A stretch of DNA of 64,000 bases from Octopus sinensis. Its lineage: Eukaryota. The DNA is taken from NCBI RefSeq assembly GCF_006345805.1, contig NC_042997.1, forward strand, positions 43,772,001 to 43,836,000, given 5' to 3'. The translations under genes were made by a program, and so were the position numbers. The notes under the pieces are model-generated. The model was not told where the DNA came from and did not search any database. It worked only from the letters and a program-made list of their open reading frames with translations. Shown here one piece after another: positions 1 to 13,379 of this stretch (positions are counted from its first letter, which is position 1; each line of letters opens with the position of its first letter).

Positions 1-338
1 TTTTTTCTAACAGTCAATTTCATTTATTCACCCTATCTCCTCTTTTCCCCTTTAAAACTCAATGTCTTTTCTTAGGGTCTACTTTTAGGAATTCATTGTT
101 CTTCCTTTCCCTTATACATGTGGTTTCGACTTGTAATGGTGTTGGAACCTGAAAAATGTCATTTAGCCAATCCATCAGTATTTCTACTCTTGTTGGCTCC
201 TTTTCTATGACTTTCTTGAAGCTGATTTCTAGATTTCCTTTCCATTCCATTTCTGCTTCTTACATCTTTCTTCCTAAATATCTTACAATTTCTTCTCCCC
301 AGTGTTGATTACCATTTTTGTACATTCTTACATATATA

Positions 339-767
339 GGCGCAGGAGTGGCTGTGTGGTAAGTAGCTTGCTAACCAACCACATGGTTCCGGGTTCAGTC
401 CCACTGCGTGGCATCTTGGGCAAGTGTCTTCTGCTATAGCCCCGGGCCGACCAATGCCTTGTGAGTGGATTTGGTAGACGGAAACTGAAAGAAGCCTGTC
501 GTATATATATGTGTATATATATATATATATATATAAGTGTGTGTGTGTTTGTGTGTCTGTGTTTATCCCCCTAGCATTGCTTGACAACCGATGCTGGTGT
601 GTTTACGTCCCCGTCACTTAGCGGTTTGGCAAAAGAGACCGATAGAATAAATACTGGGCTTACAAAAAGAATAAGTCCCGGGGTCGATGTGCTCGACTAA
701 AAGGCGGTGCTCCAGCATGGCCGCAGTCAAATGACTGAAACAAGTAAAAGAGAAAGAGTAAAGAGTA
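339..767 (+). mobile_element. tRNA-headed SINE, family A (internal TA/TG microsatellite, gtaaaaga tail)
   Basis: A box tggctgtgtggt and B box ggttcagtccc; at least 12 similar copies in the window. Confidence 0.9.
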
Positions 768-986
768 TATACCTTACCACTGATTGTATAGAATTTTGGC
801 ATGTTTTTACTAGCACCTATTTTTTCTGTCACTGGTAACAGTTTATCAAATACTGACTTCACTTTTCTAGCAAATATTTATTCTGCTGGTGAACTTCCTT
901 CTGGTGCATTTGGGTTTGGAGTTGCCCTGTATACCCTTAAGCATTGTTGGATTGTGACCTCGTCTGTGGCTTCCTTATTAGCTCCT

Positions 987-1214
987 TTAACCCTTTGGCA
1001 TTCAGATTACTCTGTCAAATGTAAAGCCTGTATAACTACATTATTTTAAATTAATTGTACAGCATCTTGGAACTCTGAGATTTTGATGATGTCCCTGTTT
1101 ATTTTTAGAAAGACTTTGTAGGGTAAGTGTGAGAGGTCAGAGCTGGCTGGTTTGAGCATATAACAGGAAGACAATTTTGGCCTGATATGGCCGGTTTAAA
1201 CACTAAAGGGTTAA
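987..1214 (-). mobile_element. piggyBac-like MITE
   Basis: TTAA on both sides with ccctt.../aaaggg termini; related copies near 11329, 12413, 49790 and 57532. Confidence 0.8.
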
Positions 1215-2485
1215 AGCCCTCTTAAAATTGTCCACAAACCATTCGGCCCTTCCATTTGATCTAGGATGGTGCTATAGTTTAATGTTCTAATGTGTTCCGT
1301 TACCAGAGACAATTATATCCGGTACACCAAATCTTGCGAACAGCTCTTGTAAGAAGTTTATAGCAGTATATGAGGTCGGTCGTTTATGCCTTGCAATCTC
1401 AGGCTATTCTGTGTATCTGTCCACTACTATTAATTAATAATACCTATTTACTAGGCCTGCAAAATCGATATGCAATCGGAACCATGGTATTTTCACTTCC
1501 AGCCAAGGTTCACATTTTGTAGTTTTGCTACCAGTGCACATCCTCTGCAGCCTTTTACCAAGTTTTCAACTTCTTTGTCCATGTTTGGTCAGTATACGAA
1601 ACTTCACATCAGCCTTTTCATTATAGAGATGCCTGGATGTCCCACATGAAACTCTTTTAGCATTCTCTTCTGTGATGTCTGTGGTATAACCACCCTCTGA
1701 GCATGCATTAGTACACCATTACATATAGAGCACACATTCACATCTTGGCGGTTCTTTGCATCAAACCTTTCTTCATTTCCTTTTGTCGACCACAGTTTTC
1801 ACATTAATAAATTTGTCATTTCTCGCACTTCTTTTATTTCTTCCAAAGTTACTGGTACTTCACGCATGATGTCCCACATTACCTTTTTTTTGTTTCAGTT
1901 CATCAACCTCGTTTGATCGTTTGACTGCTCCGTTTACACTATTGCACAAAGCTCTTATGGGTGAATCCCATAAATTAAATTTCTCCATACATTTGGTGCC
2001 AAATAAATTCATGGATTTTTTTAACAGATAAACATTCACTTTTTGGGTTCAACCTGTGAACTTTATATGACAAATGTGTTCGCCCATGAAATATAATTTT
2101 CTGCCCATAACACTGTACGCTATTTTGTTTGAACTACATTAATTTTAGTTTACCCATTTGTTGCCATGATTTCTCGTTTATGATTGTGATATCACTTGCA
2201 TTCTGAGTGTTTTCAATTCTCACATTCACGATTTTTCTGTTTGTTATAGTTGCAACTTTTCCTGCTGACAAAACTATTTATTTTCTCTTGTTTGTTTCAA
2301 TTTCAGTAAATTGATATTCCTATCCAAAGAACCATTCACTTCTTAGTCTGCATAATGCTACTAAATTTATAGATAAATACCAGTTTTATAATATTTTCTA
2401 TACTTACATGGGCGTTAGCACATTGTCTCATGCTTCAGTTTGAAAGAGTTGTGAGATAAGTGCAAGGAAAAAAATCTGTTTGATA

Positions 2486-2884
2486 ATCATCATCATCATC
2501 ATCATCATTTAGCGTCCGTTTTCCATGCTAGCATGGGTTGGACGGTTCTACTGGGGTCTGTGAAGCCAGAAGGCTTCATCAGGCCCAGTCAAATCTGGCA
2601 GTGTTTCTACGGCTGGATGCCCTTCCTAACGCCAACCACTCCGTGAGTGTAGTGGGTGCTTTTTACGTGCCACCCGCACTGGTGCCAGACAGAGCTGGCA
2701 AACGGCCACGAACGGATGGTGCTTTTTATGTGCCACCGGCACGAGGGCCAGGCGAGGCTGGCAACGGACACGAAACGGGGCGGTGCTGGCAACGGTCGCG
2801 AAACGGAAAGTTCTCTTACATGCCACCGGCACTGGTAACACATCTGCAATTTCCATTGATCGATTTCCATTGATCGATTTCGAT
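2486..2884 (-). mobile_element. RTE LINE 3' UTR fragment with (GAT)n tail
   Basis: Reverse complement matches 55310-55740. Confidence 0.88.
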
Positions 2885-5339
2885 GAAACTTAATTGAAGA
2901 TGTGTGAAGTTTAGATTTTGCTTGAAAAGGTGGTATTTAATATTTCAGTCTTTCACTTCTTTATCAAAATATTCTCAAAGCTTTCATCTAGAATCCTTTT
3001 ATTTTTTTTTTTTATCTTTTTGTTCCATCTTCCTAAATTGTAATTGATTATCATTCTGATTTCATTAATTTTCACATTAAACAGTTTTTTTTTTTATGAG
3101 GGAGAAAAATAAAACAGAAATAGGTAAAATTAAGAGATGTAAAACTATTACAATGAGCAATTAGCACTATTTTCTATTTTAAGCATTCCTTGTTCTATCA
3201 AAACAACCTGGGTACATTCTAAATGTTTTCCTTGTATTTCTTTTGTTTGTCCAAAACAAAAGAACAAATGACTCTTAACGTTCACACTTTCTTTTTCAAA
3301 TTCTGGTAGGAAAAATATAAACCCATTTTTCCCAACAAGGCCTTTTATTTCTAGGAATGTAACATAAATTGAAACCAAATACCCTGTTGTAAGTAGTATG
3401 AAGTAAATAATTGGTATTTCTTTGATGTTAATTATTTAGTTTTCTTGTTATTTGCTAAAAAGGAAGTGGTCAGATTAAAGTATATAAATACGAAATAAAG
3501 TAGTTAGTTTTCTCATATATCATGGCATTAGATTTTAATGTTCCCATCCCCAATATATAAATCTAAGAGAAAACAAATATTCATTAAGGAGTTTAGCTTC
3601 TTATTAACCGTATGAAGTTTATTATTAAGCAATTTTTTAATTTCAATTTTTATTCATTGACTTTTTTTCCTCTTTTATTTTTCTCTCAATAAAAGAATGC
3701 ATTAAAAGGCATGAACTTTAGAAGAACACTAAGAGACTGCGCATGAACCACCACAGATCATATGCTAAAATGAACATAACTGAAAGAAGTATTATTCCTG
3801 AGTGAAGCAATACAAGCAAAGGACAAAATAGTCTGGCAGATCATCTTGTGGAATACATTTGAGGTTTGGTCAGAAATATTTTGTAGGTTTGGTTGGATCT
3901 GTAAAGTGTGTAACAGAAATATGATAATTGAGGAAGTACAGTTCAGAGTGTCTCATGATATTAGAAACCTTGCCTAGATTCTCTTCAGATTTCTCTTTCA
4001 AATATTAAAATATTTGTTCTTATGTCATTACACAAGATTTTATAGAATAAATACTGTAATATCTTTTGTTCCTTAGTTCTTTAAAGTTTATATTAAACTT
4101 CTCTCTTTGTCTCTCTTCCTCTTCCTCTTCTGGTGTCCGCGTAGTTGCAGTGGAACCAGTAAGTTAATCATAAAACACATAAGTATTTCAAAATTATATC
4201 CTTGTTAGTTTGGTTTCTTCACATATTTCTTCAATTTCAATCACTGGTTTTTGTGGCTTTAAATTCAATTTTCCATTTCACTCCCAGTAATTACTTATTC
4301 AGGGAGAGGGTTTTTTTAATGATCCTAAACGATTATGTTTATAATTATTTCTTTTTGAATTGAGTGTGTGCATTGACTTGTGTTTGAGATGTTTGCTCTC
4401 TTTGTAATCATAAATAGAATTGACTTTGTAAGAGTAATTAAGTAGCTGAGAAACTGCATGGAAGCCCATTGGATTGTACATGTTCTTGAGTGATAGACTC
4501 AGCATTGCCAAGTTAGCTAAATGTAGCACTTTTTCTTTTTTATTCATTTAGCTGTAGTTTCTTAGCACCTAACCCTTAATTTAGATCTAATTCTAATAAT
4601 CTAATATCTTTTAGCATTTTGTTTCCATTCACACAAGACACCATAAAAATGCATGCGAAGCATTTTGAACATCTTTAGTTTCTCAGCAAACAAGTCTAAG
4701 CTGGTGCCTGGCTGTTCTAGCGGTACATTTGCAATAGGTTTTAATGTACCAATTTCTTAAAATACCAGTTTCACTTTGGCAAACAAGATAACATGGACAA
4801 ATTCTGTTTCTGTAGTGCAATTAAGGAAAATTTTTTCATACTTGCTATCTAATTAATAATGTGCAGTTCTTCATTGTTAGATGTGGTGAGTAAATAAAGC
4901 CAGTTTCTTGGTAACCAAAATGTTTTTAAAAATAAAAATTGAGGGGACATAGTTGCCAGACCAAAATACTGAGCAACACAAGGAACTTTTTAATGATTTG
5001 TTTACTTCATATCTATTAGAGTGTTTTGGGTAAACACACAACTGTCTTTTCTTTGGCCTAATTTTTTTTGAAATGACATTAACTATCACCTTGTGCAGAT
5101 TGTAATTCACATTGTTAAGATTATTAAACTATTCCAGATCCCAATCTCCTTAAATCAATTAAAGATTAAAACATGTTTTGGATTGTAAATGTTTATTCAA
5201 AGTTGTAAATAATTCATGAAAGAAGATTAAAAAAAAAACAAAAAAAAACAACAAAACTATGAAACATTGTATGTGAACATATATACATATAGACATAGCA
5301 AATATATTTACATGTATCATCATCATTTCCATCAGCATC

Positions 5340-5783
5340 ATCATCATGTCTGTTATCATCATTTTAACGTCCACTTTTCCATATTAGATAGAGTCTGCTG
5401 AGGCATATTTTCCACAGCCGGATTCCTTTCCTGTCACCAACCCTCACCTCTTTCCAAACAAAGTAATATTTCTCTCCATGGCTAAACATGTTCTTGTAGT
5501 ATATTGCAAACGGATGACATTGCTTTTATGACACTGACAATCATTTACATCTGTCATATGATGTCAAGACAAGGAGGCACATGCACACATACAAGCACTC
5601 ACACATACAAGCACTCACACATACACAACAAGCTCCTTTCAGTTTTTGTATCCCAAATTCACTCACAGGGCTTTGGTTGACCTGGAGCTATAATAGAAGA
5701 CATTGTCAAAGATGTCATGCACTGGGACTGAATCCAGTACCATGTGATTGGGAAGCAAGCTTCTTACCGCATGGCCATGCTTG
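5340..5783 (-). mobile_element. SINE family B (family-A-like tRNA head, RTE-like tail)
   Basis: Head similar to family A; 3' end atggaaaagtggacgttaaaatgatga matches the RTE terminus. Confidence 0.75.
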
Positions 5784-5840
5784 TGTCTTTACATGTGAGT
5801 ATGTGTAAAGAAGATTCAGCCTTGTTTTGTTCTAAACAAA

Positions 5841-6314
5841 CACCATCCAATCGTGGCCGTTCGCCAGCCTCGTCTGGCACCTGTGTCGGTAGCACATAAA
5901 AAACACCATCCGAGCGTGGCCGTCTGCCAGCCTCGTCTGGCACCTGTGTCGGTAGCACATAAAAAACACCATCCGAGCGTGGCCGTCTGCCAGCCTCGTC
6001 TGGCACCTGTGTCGGTGGCACACAAAAAACACCATGAGCGTGGCCATCTGCCAGCCTCGTCTGGCACCTGTGTTGGTGGCACATAAAAAAACACCATCCG
6101 AGCATGGCCGTCTGCCAGCCTCGTCTGGCACCTGTGTAGGTGGCACATAAAATCACCCACTACACTCTCGGAGTAGTTGGCGTTAGGAAGGGCATCCAGC
6201 TGTAGAAACACTGCCAGATCTGACTGGCCTGGTGCAGCCTTCGGGCTTGCCAGACCCCAGTTGAACCATCCAACCCATGCTAGCATGGAAAGTGGACGTT
6301 AAACGATGATGATG
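5841..6314 (+). mobile_element. RTE LINE 3' UTR fragment with about five 63-bp tandem units
   Basis: Units start at 5841, 5904, 5967, 6030 and 6092; ends ggacgttaaacgatgatgatg. Confidence 0.88.
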
Positions 6315-6359
6315 AATAATAACGAAAGAATATTGCAATTTTAAAATACATAAACATAC

Positions 6360-6700
6360 ATCATTATCATTTAACGTCCACTTTCCATGCTAGCATGGGT
6401 TGGATGATTTGGCTGAGGACTGGCAAACCAGATGGCTGCGCCAGGCTCCAATCTTGATCTGGCAGAGTTTCTACAGCTGGATGCCCTTCCTAACGCCAAC
6501 CACTCCGAGAGTGTAGTGGGTGCTTTTACGTGCCACCGGCATGAGGGCCAGTCTGGTGGTACTGGCAATGGCCACGCTTGAAATGGTGTTTTTTACGTGC
6601 CACCTGCACAGGATTCAGTCCAGTGGCACTGGCAACAACTTGCTTGGATGTTTTGTTCATGTTCCACTGGCACAAGTGCCAGTGAGGCGATGCTGGTGGA
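6360..6700 (-). mobile_element. RTE LINE 3' UTR fragment, inverted relative to its neighbour
   Basis: Starts tcatttaacgtccactttccatgctagc, the reverse complement of the RTE terminus. Confidence 0.85.
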
Positions 6701-7077
6701 GAATATTTATAAAAATGTTATATTTGGTACATGTTAAAAAAATATAGTTTCATATTTAGCTTTTTTCTTAACTTCAACATGTCACTATTTCATTTTTAGC
6801 ACTTTATTTAGCTCTAATAATAATCTTGACAAATCCAGCTCCTTTTGAACGTTTTCACTTGGTAACACTGGGTAGACTGACTTGGTCCCTTTGTTTATCG
6901 TTTGATATCTCCACCTACAGCTTGGGTATCTTCAGCTGAGTCCAATCTCTTGCAGACATTCAGATCAGGTCTCCAATCAGAGCATGACATATCTTGACTC
7001 ACTGCTTCATACTACAACAACTCAGACCAGTCTATGAGAGGTATTTAGCCGATACTGGTACATTGGTCTGCAGCTTG

Positions 7078-7240
7078 GAATTCAAATTCGGCCGAGGTTG
7101 ACTTTGCCTTTCATCCTTTCGGGGTCGATGAATTAAGTACCAGTTACGCACTGGGGTCGATGTAATCAACTTAATCCGTTTGTCTGTCCTTGTTTGTCCC
7201 CTCTGTGTTTAGCTCCTTGTGTGTAGTAAAGAAATAGGTA
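7078..7240 (+). mobile_element. SINE family F, 5'-truncated
   Basis: Shared core gactttgcctttcatcctttcggggtcgat. Confidence 0.8.
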
Positions 7241-7525
7241 CTAATTGAATATCCTGCCCATACATCATCAGTGTAAAACTGGTTTTCTCATTTAGTAGTT
7301 AATTGCTCCATTAAGCTTTAGTGAAGCAGACTTCTTGTCAGCTGACTTTCTGCCAAGAAGCCATCTACAAACCTGACCTACACATGTAATCCAGATTTAG
7401 ACATATGACAAAATACAATAAATGTATCTTTGTTATCGGCCTTTGGGAAATGAGAGGCTAAGTCAATATTTTATAGAATTTAAAGAGAGGATTGTAAACT
7501 CACCACCTCTTATGTTTGCTAATGA

Positions 7526-7684
7526 CAGGAGTGGCTGTGTGGTAAGTAGCTTGCTAACCAACCACATGGTTCCGGGTTCAGTCCCACTGTGTGGTATCTT
7601 GGGCAAGTGTCTTCTGCTATAGCCCCGGGCCGACCAATGCCTTGTGTGTGGATTTGGTAGACGGAAACTGAAAGAAGCCTGTCG

Positions 7685-7717
<33 letters not shown>

Positions 7718-7930
7718 ATGTTTGTGCGTCTGTGTTTGTCCCCCTAGCATTGCTTGACAACCAATGCTGGTGTGTTTACGTCCCCGTCACTTAGCGGTTC
7801 GGCAAAAGAGACCGATAGAATAAGTACTGGGCTTACAAAGAATAAGTCCTGGGGTCGATTTGCTCGACTAAAGGCGGTGCTCCAGCATGGCCGCAGTCAA
7901 ATGACTGAAACAAGTAAAAGAGTAAAAGAG
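7526..7930 (+). mobile_element. SINE family A
   Basis: Near-identical to 339-767. Confidence 0.9.
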
Positions 7931-8029
7931 AGAGACTATAAGTACATCAGTTACATGATGTTTCACTTGGGGGGTACTCCTGGTGATATGCTTCACATGT
8001 CTGAAAGCATAACAATGATACTGTGTTTC

Positions 8030-8445
8030 TTCAACATCATTGTTTTAATGTCTTCATTTCCATGCTTTCTTGGGTCAGGCAGAGTTTATCAAAGCAGATT
8101 TTCTGTGACTGGGCGGCCTTCCTATCACCAACTTTTACCTGTTTCCAAGTAGGGTAATACTGAAAATGAATGACATTCGTTTATAACACTCACATGATAT
8201 CAAAACAAGGATGTGTGCACACACACACACACACACACACATGCACACACACACATGCACACACACACACACACATGCACATAGTATGCTTCTTTCAGTT
8301 TCTATCTACCAAATCCACTCACAAGGCTTTGTTCGGTCCAGGGCTGTTAGTAGAAGACGCTTGTTCAAGGTGTCACGCAATGGGCTTGAACCTGAAGCCT
8401 TGTGGTTGGGAGACATTTTCAACCACACAACCATGCCTGTGCCTG
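8030..8445 (-). mobile_element. SINE family B, degenerate
   Basis: Same module order as 5340-5783, with an internal (CA)n. Confidence 0.6.
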
Positions 8446-9099
8446 TGCCAATACAAATTCGTTAAAGAGCATGATGCCAAGGAAAGTAGGTACACCAGCT
8501 ACATGTCATACAAGATGGTGTAACAAAAATGCAAAGCTGGACAAGAGGACACACACACCCACTCCCACATGTGCACAGTGACCCAGGAGTATAAGTACAT
8601 CAGCTACATAAAAGTGCTGTTAGCTCACCAGCTGTATGTGTGTAAGGGGTCAGGGTTAGAGAATAGTTTAATCTTGATTATCTCATTCGTTTTCTAAGTG
8701 TAGTTGTATTACCTTTACTTGAATCAGATTATATCTAAGAGATATACAATGGCTACAGCTAAGAAGTATTTAGGAGATATGATCATAAATCTATGACAGC
8801 ATCTCTCAGCTGCTCTTGCTATTCATCAGATGAGACATCTATCTTATTTGCTAACTTATACTCTCTCTCTTTGTCTTTATCAAAATGTCATACTGTGTTG
8901 TCGTATGTGTTGTCGTATATTCAGTAAATTAGCTGTCAGAAATTAATTTGATTTACTTTGCATGTTATCAAACTCTGGAAGTATTTCTACTTAGTATCGT
9001 AATTCTTTGGCGTAATTCTTTGATTTCAGTTTTCTTTTCCTCAACCCTTCCCTTATCACAGTTTTTGATTTATCATTTATGAAAAATGACTTCAATATA

Positions 9100-9225
9100 T
9101 CGTGACGCATATTTGCCATTTGAATATGGCTAACCTCTAAGGGTGGATGCTACTGTAGTTTGTAGCCCCAGGAAGATACCTCCTCCAGCTGGCTATAGAC
9201 ACACTTTCTGTGCCCTATCATTATT
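9100..9225. mobile_element. Short retroposon-like insertion with 13-bp TSD
   Basis: tgacttcaatata at 9087-9099 and 9226-9238. Confidence 0.7.
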
Positions 9226-9887
9226 TGACTTCAATATAATTTTCTTGTTCATCTCTTCTCAGTCTGTCAGAGTTGCTCTTTTCTTTGATATTTTATTAGT
9301 TTGATCGTAAGCTATTCAAATAACTGAATTTGGCTGGAATAAAAGAGTTAAAAGATTTTAAACTATGTTCATACTCCTTTGTATTTTGTAGTTAGAAAAC
9401 CCCTGGTTTGACTTTACTTCACTGTAAGCTATACTGTGGGCATGTGTCTTCTAACAGTATCAGGTTATCAACCTAAGCATTGTAATTAGAAAGAAAATTG
9501 GTTGAAGTCCATTAGAAAAACAATAGCTGCAATTGAAGGAGCCAGCCTTATACTGTTATAGTGAGTCTGGCTGGGAATTACATTAAGGTACAACCATCTG
9601 GGAAATAGCCACTTTCTTTTACATGTTTTAGTCATTGGACTGTGGCCTTGCTGGGGTACCATCTCTCTCTCTCTGTTCAGCTGAAGAATTCAATCCCTGC
9701 ACTCATTATTAAGTCTGCTGCTTATTGTTGATCTCTTTTGCTGAACCACTGAGTTATGGGAACATAAACAAACCAACACCACTTGTCAGACAGGAGCAGG
9801 ACACACACATGCTGTGCAGTGGGACTGAACTCAAAACAACATGGTTGTCAAACAAGCTTCTTAACCATACAACCATGCCTGTACCTT

Positions 9888-10265
9888 CATCATTATCCTC
9901 AACATTTAACATCCATTTTCCATGTTGGCATGGGTCGGACGGCATAATAGTAACTGGCAAGGCCAGGGGCTGCAGCAGGTTCCTTAGTCTGTTTTGGCTT
10001 GGTTTCTACAGCTGGATGCCCTTCCTAATGCCAGCCACTCCTCAGAATATACTAGGTGCTTTTTATGTGGCACCAGTGACCACTCCAATGTCTTTTATGT
10101 GGCCCCTTGGTTTTTATGATCTCAATTCTGCTGTGGTGGGCAGGTCTTCTTAAGTACAACAATTTGCCACCACATATCTCGGCCCCTTCTCATCTCTTTC
10201 ATAAGGTTCATCATTTTGAGATTGACCTTCAATACTTGATCCCATGTCTTCCTTGGTCTCCCTTT
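9888..10265 (-). mobile_element. Older RTE 3' end fragment
   Basis: ctacagctggatgcccttcctaatgcc core shared with the RTE 3' UTR. Confidence 0.6.
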
Positions 10266-10727
10266 TCCATAACTACCCTTCTCTTTAAGGGATTCGACAA
10301 GTAGGTGGTTCTATTGGTTGAATGACCAGAACTCTCATGGCCAAAATCCACTCAAAATCATCACACATTCTCATCATTGCAATTGATATTGTTATCATTA
10401 ATCCTAATCTTATCATTAATTGATATATGACATGCAATAGTTTCAGTTTTGACCACTTAATTTATCAACTTTTTTTTTGATTATCTTACTTTTACTGCTG
10501 ATATTAAAAGATCATAAACAAAATAAAGGATGTTTAAGCAACGACAATGAGTCTATTTATCAATAAATCTCGATCGTTTAGAAAACTCTTTTCTCTTTCT
10601 CAAATGCAGATTTATTACAATGAATACTCATTTGTGAAATTGCTTAAAACTACAAATCTTCATTATTCATTTCAATTGTATTTGATAGCTAGCAATAAAT
10701 ATGTACTATTTGTGTGCTATTTATATA

Positions 10728-10879
10728 GGCGCAGGAGTGGCTGTGTGGTAAGTAGCTTGTTTACCAACCACATGGTCCCGGGTTCAGTCCCACTGTGTGG
10801 CACCTTGGCAAGTGTCTTTGGGCCGACCAAAGCCTTGTGAGTGGATTTGGTAGTGGGAAACTGAAAGAAGCCCGTCGTA

Positions 10880-10917
<38 letters not shown>

Positions 10918-11130
10918 TGTGTGTGTTTGTGTGTGTGTGTTTGTCCCCCTAGCATTGCTTGACAACTGATGCTGGTATGTTTATGTCTCCGTTACTTAGC
11001 GGTTCGGCAAAAGAGACCAATAGAATAAGTACTGGGCTTACAAAAGAATAAGTCCCGGGGTTGAGTTGCTCAATTAAAGGCGGTGCTCCAGCATGGCCAC
11101 AGTCAGATGACTGAAACAAGTAAAAGAGTA
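10728..11130 (+). mobile_element. SINE family A
   Basis: Full head to tail, with a small internal deletion. Confidence 0.9.
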
Positions 11131-11328
11131 TTCACACAAAAGTAGTGAATTTAACAGATTATAAGACTCTTGAAAGGAATTTTGATAATTCAGAATAATT
11201 TCTCAAACTGTGTCATGTAATACACCATTCATGACAATAAACACGTTTTTAAAAGAGTAAGATAAAATTCGAGAGATTCAGGTACTATTTCTAGCATGTA
11301 AGTAACTTCCTGTTTCCTTCAGGCATGT

Positions 11329-11548
11329 TTAACCCTTTAGCATTTAAACCAGCCATATCCAGCCAAAATATTCTACACGTGTCCAAACTGGCCAGATCTA
11401 GAATCTCACACCTACCCTAGAATGTCACTTTGGAGATAATCACATCATTGAAATCTCAAGGCTATAAAATAATGCTGGATAAATTCAAAACACTGTGAAT
11501 AAATACGCATTACAACTGACTGAGTAATCTGAACACTTAAGGATTAAA
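11329..11548 (+). mobile_element. piggyBac-like MITE
   Basis: ttaaccctttagcatt start; homologous to 987-1214. Confidence 0.7.
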
Positions 11549-12412
11549 ACAAGGTAAGGTATAAAAACAAACTGATCTAAAATTATATGACTAAACAGTC
11601 AGTATTACACACCATCACTTCATTACTTGTAAATTCCACACAAAAGCAAAATGTATGAGGGATCCAAATGGGTTAAAAACCTCTCACATATTCTATCCTG
11701 AATACAACTGATATTTATTTATATTTTTTATTTTTTTATTTTTTTATTTTATCTAGTTTCAGCTCACGAGCTGTGGCCATGCTGGGGCACCGCCATTTAT
11801 TAGTGATATTTATTAGTGATATTTTTGATTCAGTTCACCACTGTCCATTCTAACCCAAAATATTCTTTTCTACTCTAGACGCAAGGCCCGAAATTTTTGG
11901 GGAGTGAGGGGGGGGGGAGTCGATTAGATCGACCCCAGAACACAACTAGAGATAACATCACATAGAGCAGAAATAGAGCTCAGCTTCCAAGCAACTAAAC
12001 AACAAGAAAAAAAAGGTAAAAATAATATAGATAAAGGGTAAAAATACAAACAAAAACAGAAAACAAGAAAACATCTCCATTCAATAGAATCTGTTTGCTG
12101 CAAAATACTATTGCTAAATAATAAATAACATCAATAACTACTAGTCTTCGAATTAGTCACTGACTCACAGATATGCAGTCACTTCTCTCTCTCTTTTTTT
12201 ACCACTACTACAATGACTTTTGTTTCTCAGAGCTGGTTATTCTCATGCCGCCTCTGCTTAGGCACTCTTGATTGATTCATCTCTCCTCCTCTCACATCCC
12301 ATATTTTGTCCATTCTCACCCCATTGAACCTCACACTGACCCCTAAAGCTAATCCTTCCCACCCAGAGACCCTCTGGAATTTCATTCCTGCAGTTATCAA
12401 CATTGTAATTGT

Positions 12413-12640
12413 TTAATGCGTTAGCATTTAAACCGGCCACATCCAACCCAAATGTTCCACCTTGTTTTACATTCAAACCAGCCAGATCTGACCTCTCACA
12501 CCTACCCTACAATGGCATTCTAAAAATGAGCAATCACAACATTGAAATCTTGAAGCTACGAGATAATGCATGATTAGTTCAAAACAATGTGAATAAATAA
12601 GCATTACATTTGACAGAATTATCTGAATACGAAAGGGTTG
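12413..12640 (+). mobile_element. piggyBac-like MITE
   Basis: Homologous to 987-1214 with degraded termini. Confidence 0.7.
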
Positions 12641-12845
12641 GATGAAATTATAATGGCATCAATTTCACCTGTGTGAGAGGGTTTGTGGAAGTCATAGGAA
12701 CTGTCTTTTCTTCTTCAATTAGCTAATAAAGCCAGTAAATTTACCTTCAAACATTTCTTGAAAACTACCTCCAAAGCCACACAAACGAGACAAACACCTT
12801 TCATCACCACAAACCTTCCACACATTAGAAAAGCAACACCTAGGC

Positions 12846-13328
12846 TAGTGCTTCTCAACTATTTTTCACCTATGGACCCCCTTTGATATTTATTTCACTT
12901 GGATGGACCCTCTTAGCCTATTGAGGTTTAACCCTTTCGTTACTGCATTTATTTTGAGATGCTCTATATTTCTTTCAATTACTTTAAATATTACAAAGAA
13001 TTTAGTAAAATAACTTCATTATCATTAAGCTGGTGTTAGGAACATAAATTGTGACTAAGGTTTGGTGGAAGATTTTAATTCAAAACTTATGAAAACAAAA
13101 CACTTGTACTAAAGAGCCAGAGCCGGTTTCAGCCGGGTTGGTAACAAAAGAGTTAAAAAATCATTTAATATTTCTATAATTAAACATTATTAGGAATTGT
13201 ATAGAAAAAAATTATTAAAATATTTTGTGAAATGTAAAAGTATAAAAAGTTTATTGCAGATAAATCTTCCCGACAAAATCTTATATGGACCCACAAGGGG
13301 TCGTATGGACACTGGTTGAGAATCACTG
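12846..13328. mobile_element. hAT (Charlie/Buster-like) MITE carrying a nested piggyBac-like MITE at about 12929-13156
   Basis: TIRs tagtgcttctcaac / gttgagaatcactg; 8-bp flanks acctaggc / acctagag; inner element ttaaccctttcgttac...gtaacaaaagagttaa. Confidence 0.75.
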
Positions 13329-13379
13329 ACCTAGAGTCTGAAACACTTACCAGCATCTTCAACTACTCATTTCAACATC

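Larger units (their letters stand above)
59..1880 (-). mobile_element. Decayed Ty3/Gypsy LTR-retrotransposon integrase region, interrupted by a SINE and a MITE
   Basis: Manual minus-strand translation: RVVIP...KEFHVGHPGI...CRGC (HHCC), RLHIDFAG, LFARFGVPD, HPRSNGRAE, YRATPNPNAPEGSSPAE, with stops and frameshifts. Confidence 0.85.

Noticed and set aside
309-862. Recurrent short ORFs such as MLGGQTQTHKH and MTTDAGVFTSP (also near 7463, 20152, 31978, 36039)
   Set aside because: They are translations of SINE family A copies and their microsatellites, not a gene family.
2900-5160. Short minus-strand ORFs in AT-rich sequence, and an ag-ATGTG-gtgagt microexon-like string near 4881
   Set aside because: No recognisable protein motifs and no independent support; compatible with chance or a heavily decayed TE.
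5841-6150. Possible CRISPR-like array or repeat protein
   Set aside because: The units are contiguous with no unique spacers, they belong to the RTE 3' UTR, and the context is eukaryotic with no cas genes.
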